The translations under genes and the position numbers were made by a program. From Ophelia neglecta (lineage: Eukaryota), in contig OZ260662.1 in assembly GCA_965285935.1 (NCBI GenBank), positions 75,082,001 to 75,146,000 on the forward strand: a stretch of DNA of 64,000 nucleotides. The letters are read 5' to 3'. Positions 52,301 to 64,000 of the stretch are shown here, in pieces. Position 1 is the stretch's first letter, and every line of letters begins with the position of its first letter. The notes below the pieces were generated by a model. That model was not told the DNA's origin. It saw nothing but the letters and a program-made list of their open reading frames with translations, and searched no databases.

Positions 52301-52525
52301 AGAACCTATATTATATTCCGGACTCTTGGCCTGAGACATTTGACTGTAGTAGATATGGCCAATCGAGTAGTAGGCATCATCTCCCGTAAAGACCTCATGG
52401 GCTTCGCTCTGGAGGAAAAACTGGAGCAACGAAAGCGCCGAGGCTTCAGCTTGGAGGGGGGAATTCAGAAACTACTACCATCCGAGCAGACTCACTCACG
52501 AGTCAATGAGGATAAACTGTGGTAG
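41927..52525 (+). CDS. Multi-exon CLC-family chloride channel/transporter, ClC-6/7-related ('chloride channel protein C-like' type), probable Cl-/H+ exchanger with two C-terminal CBS domains
   Basis: Spliced by hand; all introns are GT-AG and phase-consistent. Exons: [41927-41968 candidate first coding exon, [14 protein letters not shown]], 42161-42300, 42493-42622, 43564-43641, 45018-45193, 45357-45449, 45554-45641, 45788-45943, 48302-48365, 48678-48808, 49046-49164, 49398-49672, 49901-50072, 50308-50482, 50618-50787, 51267-51446, 51692-51782, 51910-52005, 52247-52525 (TAG). The 18 exons from 42161 total 2613 nt (870 aa + stop). Motifs: [74 protein letters not shown]1 (HGGFPVV), CBS2 ([20 protein letters not shown]). 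The start codon is uncertain. Confidence 0.93.
43266..43332. repeat. (GA)n microsatellite in a CLC intron
   Basis: Pure GA run of about 33 units. Confidence 0.97.
43676..43852 (-). mobile_element. Uninterrupted ~180-bp Tc1/mariner MITE of the same family as 18025-19741, in a CLC intron
   Basis: Its reverse complement matches the joined ends 18025-18047 + ~19586-19741 (e.g. ggcaggtggtctgattatagaggtgg). Confidence 0.8.
44178..44557. mobile_element. Degenerate MITE with G/C-run termini in a CLC intron
   Basis: Ends ctcgggggg.. / ..gtacctcccccgaa. Possible 8-bp TSD tgctcaag / tgcccaaa (6/8). Internal duplication of tacatgaatgggt. Confidence 0.45.
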
Positions 52526-54923
52526 CAGAAGTATCTATCTCGTGAATTACCTGTGAGCTCGGAGCACAAGCAAAGCGTCTTATGAGTTTCTTAGCACTGC
52601 ATTCAATGACATATATAAACAAGGACATTATTGATCGTGCTGTGTGTAAAACTTGATCTTAGCAAGGAGCGATTATTCAAATATATATATATATACATAT
52701 ATATATATTTATATACATACATATATATGTATATGTATAAGCGTCTGCATTAGGATAATACACTTCTACAACCGTTACTGAAGACTACTGTAAATTAAAA
52801 GTGGCTGGGGAAACACTATTCTTTGACTGTACTTTCAGGGATGGACTTATTATCGTCTTGAATGAACGATCAATATCGTCTTTCCAGGACTAGTTTGATT
52901 GGTCTTTTAAATAGCCTGATTTGTTATTATATAGCATCAGTGTGGTTGATTTTGCGTTACTTTATGTGTTACCGTTATTCTGAGGATCCAATACCTTCGG
53001 GTTTTACAAAGCACTTCTAGGAAATACATTTCAAATACTCACACGGAATGTGGCCCATCACTTTTGCGAGTTTGAGCACAACACCACTTCATGGCGACGG
53101 GCATATTACACATCGTCATTCATCTTACCAACGTTTGCGATTAAGCATCGCCAAAAGGTGTGTTTGGACTCCAAACCAATGCTTCTGAACGCGTAACGTG
53201 AGATTTGTCTTGATTATCAAATGGATAAAAGAAATATCCCATGCCTTCCTCATTACAAGAAATCCGCCCCAATGTTGCTAGTTGTGAAGCACTACAGATG
53301 TGTGCGCATGTGCCATGTCTTCAATGGTTTTTCTTGATGTTGTTTTATCCTGAATCCGTTTTAAATCAATGCAAATCTCTTACGTCAAGCGCGATTACAA
53401 AATAGGAATATAACGGTTAAGATTTTAGTTCATTCGTCAAGCTGTTACCAACGTCCCTATATCACTGGCTTCCAGAATGACTATGATGGTGTAAAGCAGA
53501 TAGGCTTGTCGTGTTCACTTTGCGGAACATCTTGAAAAAACGAAAGCATATACTAGTACTAACCGTAAAATGAGTCATCTTGTTAATTCATTCGTGTCAG
53601 CTTCATTATGCATTTTGTACATACTATCAACCTCATTTCATTCGCTACCATAGATCACCTAGGAGGTAATTGTACATGTTATTGGGTTAGCATATCGTGC
53701 AGCCATTTAAATATTACATAACTGGATAATCATTTGCATTTTGACCAGGTCTTAATCGACGTGCTAGTGTACACCTGTTTTCTTCACATATTACTAGTAT
53801 GTTATTTACACCTTAAACACTTGCTGGCTGGGCGAAAATGTATTGTTAGGAGAGCAATGCGTTTGTTCGATCCTATAACAGCTTGCTTACATTAACGACC
53901 CTCCAAAATCGTCCTATACTACTAGCATTGTAAGACATGTACTATATTAGCTCAACATTTACATTTTTCATAATATAACTTAAGTGCTCATATTAAAAAA
54001 CCATCGAAACCAGTCCCTTATAGCCTTCAAGGGTGCAACTGTTTTAATATCCTATAAATAATCAGCGTTTCACAAACATATAATGGCGTATTAGTATACC
54101 ATTTTATTCATTCTCTTTCTTATAAACTTAAGAGCCCTAACTTATTAATTAAGGGGAATGTGTGGTTGTATTTTGAAATTATTATGCTTTTCAGGTATGA
54201 TTTGACTATTCTGAAAATGTGTCAATATGTGTATTCTTTATCGTCTCCTCAAATAAGTGTAACTGTCATACATAACCCAATTGCACATGTAGCGTTGCGC
54301 TAGGATACAAATTAAGGTATGAATTTGCATTATTTATAATGAAAATTATACGAGTAAATGATCTCAGTTAAATGTTACTTATAGTGGACATTCTGCAATT
54401 AAGAAATTATGCCAAATGTGTTTTTATGTTCAGTTATTGTTTTTTTTCGGTTACAAATTGACTTATTGTTGACTGTGTAAACAGAGATACTATCTCATTT
54501 AGTCCGTCTGTTAGATTTTATAACAGGATATCTAGTCACTTAATGTCATATTCAAATATAGGCTCAACTCAGACTAAACCTCCGTGTAACAATGCTGCTT
54601 TCGGAAATGCCGAATATGATACTATTTGCCTGTTTTATATATATAGTAAGAAGAATGTATAGGCTTTTTGGTGTAAACTATGCAAATTGTGGATATGACA
54701 AGTATGCTGTGATACAATTGTTTACTGTCTCCATCAGAAGATGGAAGTTGTGGATGACGTGATAAGATCTCGTAAGTTCATTGGCTAGACAGTCATGACC
54801 GTGTAGCTTCCAAGAGAGAATACGGAATTGATTAGCCAATCTTATGATAATCAGTTCTCCGAGTATCCATTTTATAATCCCTCTTATACACCAAGTGCTA
54901 ATTCTATCGACACAATTATGACA

Positions 54924-54929
54924 AATAAA
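54924..54929 (+). terminator. Candidate polyadenylation signal of the CLC gene (3' UTR about 2.4 kb)
   Basis: AATAAA followed about 20 nt later by a GT-rich tract (gttgttgtctgt), downstream of the stop at 52525. Confidence 0.35.
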
Positions 54930-57095
54930 ACGACGGAAATATTACGTTGTTGTCTGTATACATATTATTATTAGTTTAAATACATATTTTTATTCAAGAG
55001 GACAAACTAGCATAAAAATTTAATTTGAGTAAGTAAGGTTCAGAGTGCGTTTTTGTATATCCAGTGCTCACCTACCAAATAATACAAGTTTTCTATTACT
55101 AAGAACAAAGGTCTTCGTGTCCAAGTGTAGCGTTTCCTTGTTGTCGAGTAGACATCCATATATTATTATTGGTTAGTTTAACTTGGGCAGTACGCAAGTG
55201 GAATCCTAGTTTATTCGGAATTAGACCTATTTTATAATTTTGGGATTTAAAATGTTATTATTAATTAGGTAAAATAGAAACAATCAAAACTACGAAAATG
55301 TCGTCAATTAATTTGAGCACAAATTAGTGCAAAATATGGAATGAAAAATGGTAAAAAAACAGTTTATTTTTGGAACAAAACATTCACAGACATATATAAA
55401 TAGAGCATTTTAGCATGTGAGATTGCATGTTATTGATAATCGAAACACGAACTCAATTTACGAAACTGCATTATATAATACAGCCTTGTCTAATGATATA
55501 AATGTGAATTATAATTCTATTTCCTATACTATACGTATACGTTGGTCATTGTCCAATGGCAACTGTGACTTAAGGCACATGTATGTTTCATTTATAGAGT
55601 ACATGCTGTCAATATAGTGGCACATTGTTCAATTTTATCTTATTTTCCCCTTACCTTAACGAAACAATTCACCGTGACCACTTTGCACTGTCTGTGTAAA
55701 TAATTAAGAAAAAAAGAGCAATAGACAGCAAATTATTGACATCTCTTGTCATTGGAATATGACTAACATCCAGAATAAGACTGTAACGTTATGTATCAAC
55801 AGGTAAGGTGGTTAACTGGATAATTAAGGGACTATGATTTACAAAAAGCTTTGGGGTAGGTAGCGGAATGTGGTGATTCACGATAATAGGAGTGTTTGGC
55901 GAAAGATTGAATCTGATAATACGGAGACGTTTGTCTACGTCTATAGCAGAGGGCTACGGGAGGGATAAGCATGAAGTGAAGGAAACATTCTTAAACATTC
56001 ACCTCGGTCACGACCGTCTCACCGAGTGGTAAAAGCTGACTTAAGTCTAATAATAGTAACCATGAATAGTGTGACCAACGAAATATGTTGGGCTACAGAA
56101 CATTAAGTAGGTAAGTTTAGACTTCATTGCAACATTGTGCTACATGTTTATTATCTAGCTTAACTTGTTTATGTACAAGTGTTCTTGACCAAGTAAGGAG
56201 ACTGTTCACCATATACAATCAATATTTTCATAACACAACATTAGACTGAAAGCTGCGGAATTGATTATACTAGTCAAACGACAAAAAAGCCGTTACCTGT
56301 CATATTATTAACCACAAATACAAGTTTTCACGTAGGAGAAATTCTAAGTACAGTAGCACCACCTTAATTTACCTGTATCATGAAACATATATATGTATTA
56401 AGTAATGGAGATTTTCATACTTGTGGGCATGTTTAAAATTAATCGGTTATGTAGGTCACTATTTATTTACAAAAGTTAGTGCGCTGTGACGAAGACAGTG
56501 TCACTATCAATCAAGCAGGCTCGGAATTAATTTAGGCAACACCCAGACTGTTTAAATAAATCGAAGAAACGGATTATGGGAACAAAGCAAAATCTTAAAT
56601 TTAGAACAGTTGACAAAATTAGGTCGGTAAAAATCAGAATATATCAGCCTAACAAACATTATTCCCCAGTGGCTAAACGCTTAAAATACATTCAATACTA
56701 TGTTTTTAACGTTATCACAGACAATGAGATAAATACAACAGTTTTCTCTGATAAGAGTCAGACAAGAAAATAGAGTCCTATTTAGTGAAATATGCACTAT
56801 GAAATCCAACATGAATTCGCTCATAAATGTGACCCTAGTGTGGATTTGCATTGCTTATGAGTGACTTCAAACTGCTATGGCAAAAAACAGTTTAACTTTA
56901 TAGTAGTAGGTTAACGTTTGTAAGTCTGCTTAAAATCCTCACTTCGCTGTATACATCTCTGAACAGTGCAGGTCCAGCTAACATTTAAATATCAACTTGA
57001 GTCATATAGGCCTATATAATTCTAGTCACAGCCTCAGGATATCCGATCAGGGGCTACTAGTCGAGTCAGCGTCGCGACTAAGCTCAGCCGGTGAC

Positions 57096-57460
57096 AGTTC
57101 ATCCAAGTTGTGGAATGAACTGGCCACTCACTTTAAACTATCTCTCGATATTAGTGTTTTCGAAAAGTAAAGACTTTATGATTTAAAAGCGCACAGCAAT
57201 AATTCTACTGATTTAAAAGCGCACAGCCATAATTCTAGTCTTAAACTCTTCGATTTATTTCTTTTACATTTTAGTTTTTAGTGTATTTGTTTTATATATC
57301 ATTAATGTTGTAGTAATACTTTTCCTATTAGTCATTATATCATTTGTCTTTTATCCATGTCGTCCATCGCTTGTGAACATGTTGCTTTTTAATATGAAAC
57401 CTTGCCCTGAAAAACGTCATTAAAAAAGATAAATAAGATATGCCAAAATGAATAAATAAT
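57096..57460 (+). mobile_element. 3' remnant of a CR1/L2-type LINE
   Basis: Translates as SSSKLWNELATHFKLSLDISVFEK*, resembling the conserved ORF2 C-terminus (LWNxLP..S..FK). It is followed by a T-rich tail and AATAAA-like repeats. A 30-bp tandem duplication sits at 57179-57238. Confidence 0.55.
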
Positions 57461-60118
57461 TATGGAAAATATCCAATCTGTTTATTTTAATCAATATGTT
57501 CGCATGATGTACTACAAGAAATAACATAAAACATATGTGTGAAAAGCTGCAAACTGATCAATCTATTCGTCTTCGTCCGCCACAAGTTATATTTTGTACA
57601 TTTGTTTACTTTCATACGAGTCACCATTAATTTTATCAACTGAACGCAGTAATTTACAGATAAAGGATAGTAGTACGGGGACCAAAAAGCAGCTAAGTGC
57701 ACTTCAATAACTACAAATTTTCTTTGGTTTAAACATACATGTGTAAGTTACAAAATTTGGATTTTACATAGGCCCCGGGCTTAAATAGGGTAATTTCTGA
57801 AAAAAAGCATTATACAACGTTTCCAAATATACGTAATATAAAAGGAGATGATAAGATTGGGTGATAGATGTACGATACATATTGTTAGATGCGATATGTC
57901 TGCTAACTTAAGGTAAAAAATATAACAAATTACGACAATAAACAGCTATGCAACTTATACCGTAGTAATTTAACATTTTAAGGTGAGAGTTGGTATAAGT
58001 TATGAATAAGTATTCATAAACCTAATTACGGGATGATCGGAACTACTGATGACCCCAAGTAAATATAATATGACACGTCTGTAGGGTCTATTCTAACAGT
58101 GAAACTGCACTCAGCCCAGCCGTTTTCAAACAGACAGTACATGTAGTTGCAATCGACATAGGCAACACAGTCCATTGTTTAATTTATGGCCTTATCCTCG
58201 ATGTATTAAGCCGTGAAAAAAGCATGCAAGTAATACTGTTTCAAACTGCGTGGTATATTGGCTATGACGTTTTGAAGAGATGTTTGCGTGCACTATTGTA
58301 TGAGAAATGCTCTACAATGCACAGGGGATTTTGGCTTTTTGTTTGCTGCTGAAAAAGACTTTTAAAAAACCCTCTTAGCATTTTGTGAATTTCAATATCC
58401 TAGCTAGTCTGATCAAGCTGAAAATGTTATTCATTGGTTACAATGAATAGTTTTATACATGATATGATACACCAAAACATAATATTTGTTCGGTATGAAC
58501 ACTATTTACATTGCTTTGAATCACATTATTATTATCTACAGCAAATGCATAAATGGAACAGCATATTTTTACCATATTCTTCACCAGCAATGAAAATATA
58601 TTATTATTCTAGCCCCCCCCCCCCCCCCCCCCCCCGCATTATTTAATGGTGAGTCTATCGTACCAATCTACTAAACACACAAACATGTGACAGAGCATTA
58701 CTACAGCCATTGTTTGCTCAAACTATACTTACACGTCGATAAAAGCTTAGATACCACACCAAATGTGATTTTTGCATGGAAAATTGCCGAGTACAGTGTT
58801 TCTGCATTTCACAACAATGTCATATCTTTCTAGGAAATCCACTTCCTCGGTGGAATTTTTTTGGATGTTTGCAATGAATGCGTGCGCTAAAACTGGCACT
58901 GGCGGCGGAGACTATTGAGCACATATAACGGGGCGAGATGCAAACTCTTTGGCCAGATCTCAAGAAGCAAAGTTAGACTGCTTTATATCTGGACGACGCG
59001 AACTGTGCCTGTTGTAAAATGTACCAAATGTGTATTTAAATGTCATCACCAACTAACTGAGGTAAGCACGTGTTTATCTCTTCTCTGGCAGGCTGTTTTT
59101 AATATCGGGTAGGGCTATATGTTACCCGGTTTTATGCTATTATATTATTTACAGACCAGCTCGGGTGTACAAGTGTGAACATAAAATATGTCTACTTTAT
59201 AAAGTGAGGTAATTGTTTCTCCAGCATGAACTCGCCAACATATGAAGTGAATACAGTGCATATCTCCTAAAGGAATCACTAGGAATCAACTATCTACATT
59301 TGATTGTAGTTCTCAGAAAGAGCTGTTTAAAATGGTATATCACCCAAGAGAGTTTAGCAGGGAAGCCATCACTAACATTTCATAATAGTTATATGTATGT
59401 CTTGTTTAAGAGTTAGGTGTTCAACTTTCCTTAGATGTTCTTTATTGCTGTACTTTAGGAACTATTGGCTGTTAGACCATGAATACCTTGCTTCAGATTC
59501 ACTTTAATTGACATAACACTTTCGGACCGCCAGACCCCACAGTGACTGTAAAACCTGTGTACATTTTAGTACCACGTGTAGGTACTGGGTGCGGAATGGT
59601 TATAAATCTGGTATAAAAAAGTTTGATACATCCAACAGTACATGCAAAAAGACCACCTGTTGTTATAATACTAGCTAGAAATCAAATAGGTCCTAACTTT
59701 TTGCGTACTGCATTTAAGTAAAACAACTTGAAGGCATTTCGTTGCATGAATTCTTTATTAAGCGGAGACTTATTTTCAAAACATGTTTACGTGGATGGTG
59801 GTAAGTTTAAACACAAATCCACCAACAGACTTTTCGGGATATAAAAAGACAAATTTCCTACCATTTCGTTCAGAATAGCATTGCTCTTATTTCAGCTTAT
59901 CACTTTTGCGAGTGATGGCTTTCAGCCCATCACGAAGTGGCTGGTCTGAAGAAGCTGATAGATCGCAAGTGTCGTGACGCGAATCTCAATTAACTTTACG
60001 TCAACTAATACTTGGAAGATAATTACTAACCTGTCTTTAATGAGGAGGGCTGCCGCCACTGAATGATCAAAAAGATAGAAATCTGGTATACCCTGACTGC
60101 TTTCATTCTTCCACAATA

Positions 60119-61294
60119 ATGGAGTTTAACGGGACACAGCACACTCCACAGTATAACATCGCTCATATGAATTGTATGGAAGCAGTAGAGGTTATCGTGT
60201 ACAGCAAAACCGACGGAAGTGATTTAGGCATTAACTGGGAAGAGGTATGCCTTAGTTACGGAAACGCATCAGGCAATTTTAGTACCTGGGAATTTGAACT
60301 AAATGCCATTTATTTCCAGAAGTATCCACCCGCGCCGGAGCTTTACGTCAAAATCAGAAACTTTTTATCAGATTACGTTTTATTTTCGGTGTGTCTTTTT
60401 GGTCTCGTTGCTAATCTCCTGGTCCTTGTACTCTTGTTGAGGGAAAAGAAGAAATCAGCGACCGTTTACTTCCTGCTAGCCCTCGCGGTCACAGACCAAC
60501 TCGTCCTGCTGGCGCGGATAATCATTCCTGGCCGGTTCATATCTGGCAACACCAAACACATGCAAGCGTCCGGGGAAATAACGGTGATTGTTTTGACGAC
60601 CACTTCGGAGATCATTGAAGTATGGATGATCGTGGCCATGACAGTAGAACGTTTCATTGTCGTCTGTTTTCCACTCAAAGCGCGAACACTGTGCACTGTG
60701 CGCAATGCTCGGTATATGATATGTGCAGTATTTTTTGGCTCCATCATTTATCGCATACCCGCCTACTTGCGATATGCAGACATAATTACTGACTATAGCA
60801 GCTTCGATGCTATATATGATGTCGGATTGGACGGGTTTTTCATATTTTTACTGCCGATGGGTGTACTGTCCATCTTAAATATCAAATTGATGAAGGCGGT
60901 GTACCAGGCAAAGCGCAGACGACAGGATATGACACAAGTCCGAGCCTCCGGAAGTAAGCAAGAGAAGCAGAATCAGACTAGCGTCGCCATGACGTGTAAC
61001 ATTACTGCCGTGGTTGTGTTATTCCTAGTCTGTCAGTCATTACGCTTTGTCTTCTTCCTATGGATAATTGACTACAGGTATTGGAGACTAACACTATTTT
61101 CAGCAGCTTCTGTGACCCCGGTGCGATTTGTTGTACAACCAATTGCCAATATAATGTTTGCGCTTAACTCGGCGTTAAACTGTTGTATTTACTTCTTATT
61201 CTATCCAAGGTTTAGGGAGAAATTTCGAGCAACATTTTGCCCTTGCTTTAATAGGACAACAAATAATGCTTTGTCTTCCAAAACAACCGAGTAG
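60119..61294 (+). CDS. Intronless rhodopsin-class (class A) GPCR, 391 aa, FMRFamide/sex-peptide-receptor-like orphan
   Basis: Seven hydrophobic segments with TM1 GLVAN, TM2 LALAVTD, TM3 AMTVERFIVVCFPL, TM5 FLLP..LN, TM6 FLVCQSL, TM7 NSALNCCIY, helix 8 FREKF and a CPC palmitoylation-type site. N-terminal sequons NGT, NAS, NFS. A splice acceptor (ctcttatttcag, ending 59895) suggests upstream non-coding exon(s). Confidence 0.95.
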   Translation: MEFNGTQHTPQYNIAHMNCMEAVEVIVYSKTDGSDLGINWEEVCLSYGNASGNFSTWEFELNAIYFQKYPPAPELYVKIRNFLSDYVLFSVCLFGLVANLLVLVLLLREKKKSATVYFLLALAVTDQLVLLARIIIPGRFISGNTKHMQASGEITVIVLTTTSEIIEVWMIVAMTVERFIVVCFPLKARTLCTVRNARYMICAVFFGSIIYRIPAYLRYADIITDYSSFDAIYDVGLDGFFIFLLPMGVLSILNIKLMKAVYQAKRRRQDMTQVRASGSKQEKQNQTSVAMTCNITAVVVLFLVCQSLRFVFFLWIIDYRYWRLTLFSAASVTPVRFVVQPIANIMFALNSALNCCIYFLFYPRFREKFRATFCPCFNRTTNNALSSKTTE

Positions 61295-61477
61295 AGTATA
61301 CAATTTTAATGGTCTAGTCACTAGTATAACTGAATAATTATGTAAGGACACTAAGTAGTAGTATTTAAAAATAATGGTGATGTAAATCTAATCAATGGCC
61401 TGTGGATTATTTACCACTAATCCACAGTTATAAAATAACTTTGGATATCAAGAACAATATGTATTGATTAATTACAA

Positions 61478-61594
61478 AGACAACTGTAGATTATAAAGAC
61501 AATAACTGTGGGTTATACAGACAATAATTGTGTATTATATAGACTATAACTGTTGATTAATAAGATAATAACTGTGGATTATAAAGACAATAAC
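61478..61594. repeat. 22-bp minisatellite (about 5 units) downstream of the GPCR stop
   Basis: Unit aataactgtggattataaagac. An inverted partial unit taatccacagttat lies at 61418-61431. Confidence 0.8.
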
Positions 61595-61916
61595 ATTTAC
61601 TGAGGAAATCAATTTGAACTTTTAAAATGAGCAAGTCAAGCAACAGTTAATTAATAGCTATACTCATTATTCGTTCAATTAGGTCTACAAATATTTAAAC
61701 TAAACATAAAAGAAAATAAAGATTTTACAATATATACATAATAGAGAAGCAATACTTCGGCGCTCGTGCTTTAAGTACACTGGATCCACTCGCTCTCTTT
61801 TTTAACTTGTTCATAATGTATAAAGCCGCTTTGGTCTCTTTCATTGTACGCTTTTAAGCACAGATAGGCGAGATGTTTGTTCGAGATATTATTACTAGTT
61901 ATATAAGTGGTAGATC

Positions 61917-61997
61917 GTGGTCTTTTTGGCGATTCAGATTGAGTGAAATCCGAGAGGCAGTCGAGGTTTTACGAATCTGAATCGCCATAAAGACCAC
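61917..61997. other. 81-nt long hairpin (MITE core or pre-miRNA-like)
   Basis: 24-bp arms 61917-61940 / 61974-61997 with one mismatch, plus an inner stem gtgaaatc/ggttttac and cga/tcg. Confidence 0.75.
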
Positions 61998-64000
61998 AAG
62001 TTTCGACTATCGAGTTGCATACAGTAGTCTGCCATGGACTATCAGCCGGCGCTCTGAGGTTCTTATGTGCCGAGATATTAGAAGTGAGCAATCGAAAAAT
62101 CGGACTAAACAAAGGTGGTAGCGGAAAAATCTCTCGCGAACCTGTGCTTATAAGCTATATTCTTTGCAAAGGCGAATAGGCCTGTAAACATACAAAACCT
62201 GATATGTTTTTTCAATGCATAACCGATGAGCTATCATCCAAATATGAATTATTAACTCCACACATAATTGGAGTGATGGTGCTCAAGCACACTTCAGTGA
62301 GTCCCCTTTAAACTGTAATGAAAAAGAGAAGATCTACACAATATGTGTCATTGTGAATTACTGTGATTAGAATATCTTATTCCTTCATTTATTCAATATA
62401 TCTATTATTTACTTTAGTGATTACCTAAATAATTCTGAATAAAAAAACATTATTTATGAAATTTTCTATGAATATGTGTTTTGGGTATTTACTTAACGAA
62501 CATCTTGATTTTCAATCTTGTTTTTAATTCCTTAAATGTAAGTAATGGTTTTCAGTAAAACACGTCTGCTTTACGTTGTAAAATTTGCATTACGAGGGGA
62601 CGGTATTCAGAAACTAATACTTTTTGATTTAATAAATAAATAAAGTTGCGTGCGATGTGAATGAACGTCTGAAAGACTGAAAGCTGGTCAGGTCAGTCAA
62701 TATTGAACAATTACACAATAACTGACACTTGAGTAATTTTATACCATTATTAGTCAATTTACTAGAAGTTATGCATTCTTTGGTAAAGTATACTTATATG
62801 AATCTTTTACGTAAAACTTGGATTTTAAAAAGCCAATGATTTAAACAATGCGATTTCCAAACAGCCACAATCAATATGCAGTTATGAGATGAGATGTTAG
62901 TTGATTACATCCATGCATGGGTGATCTCAAGAAACTGCCATAGTGTGGCCTCAAAAGTAAGTGGTAAGTCGAGCCATCAGCTTTATGGTGATATCACTGT
63001 ACAGACACTCATCACTTGAAGTTAGATGAAAACAGCCTAATTATGATGAATTTGTCTTTCATAATTTATTATTTGCGAAAAAAAGGCCTTGCGGGACAAG
63101 AATCCGTGTTATGGGGAGTTTATCTATTGATTTTAATACGGCTAAAACGCTATAGTGCAACCTTTATATAACATCAACATTTGTAATTGCTGCATACCCT
63201 TAATGAATTTACTTGTATTGGGGCATATTCAAGAACACGCTCTGCTTTGAATCTTTTACAATTCCGGACGATAACCCATGCCATAAAGCATGGTGTGCTA
63301 TTTAACTCTTGAAACAACGCTTACACTGCTACCCAACCCAATCTATACAGGTACGAACCAGGCGAAACTATTCAGAGTATAGCTTGGAATAATTGGCCTT
63401 AGACGGGTCATGACATTTGGAAAGGCTGAGGCGCGGTTTTTCAGGAATGCTATTTCACGGGAACCGATCAAGGAAGGTTATTTGAGGGGACCAATACACA
63501 GAACAGAATGTTCCACATTACTTCTAAATGTTCCTGTATCGCCAATTAATTGCGATGGCACTGAAACAAAGACACTTGGGCATTTCTGCGGGATGTTTTT
63601 GTGTGCAAGGCACGTGGTTGTAACTGGGATTAAGATCTATTTTAATCCCAGGTTGTAGGCATGTTTGAAGTTCTGCTTCAAAGGCAAAGGGAGGCAAAGA
63701 AAACGTATAACCTGCGAAAATGGGTGAAATACTGTCACCCATTTACCTAAACGTTAATTTGGTGCGCGTGTGTCCAACGAAATGGAACATGGTTAGACTG
63801 CCATATGATTTGTAAAAGTTGTTGGTGCACATGGGAAATGAATCGGTCTGTTTTTTCTAGTGCCAATTGATGCACAACCTCTGTATTTACGCTTATGACC
63901 CTCCCTACCCCCCCCCCTCACGCACACACACCTCAAAACAAGTATGGATACACTTTGAATTTCCCGAGTTATATATATCACTCAGTCAGTGAAGTAATTC

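Noticed and set aside
56007-56048. tRNA/SINE-head-like sequence (ccgagtggtaaaagc..gacttaag)
   Set aside because: No T-arm/B box or acceptor stem.
60466-60747. Antisense ORF within the GPCR (likewise 48298-48549, 48586-48822, 49408-49635 and 50302-50499 within the CLC gene)
   Set aside because: Shadow ORFs of real coding exons.

Overview
AT-rich, intron-containing animal DNA, most consistent with a marine invertebrate (lophotrochozoan-like; the taxon is inferred). Two protein-coding genes are well supported, both on the + strand. (1) A CLC-family chloride transporter of the ClC-6/7-related branch: 18 phase-consistent GT-AG exons at 42161-52525, plus one or two candidate first exons, about 880-890 aa. 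It has GSGIPE, GPEGP, LFAMEE, the central Tyr, two CBS domains and an unusual His-rich insert in a luminal loop. (2) An intronless class A GPCR at 60119-61294 of the FMRFamide/sex-peptide-receptor-like orphan type. The first ~40 kb is gene-poor. It holds non-autonomous transposons (two Helentron/HINE copies, one carrying a nested stack of MITEs; Mutator-like and Tc1/mariner-like MITEs), micro- and minisatellites, hairpins and a few isolated exon-like fragments. No rRNA, convincing tRNA, CRISPR array or autonomous transposase was seen. I cannot claim a new biological system. The best leads are the His-rich CLC loop, a possible antisense spliced transcript at the CLC 5' end, a chain of stop/start-overlapping uORFs in front of the GPCR, and the nested transposon stack. 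Most ORFs in the supplied track are spurious or are exon fragments.
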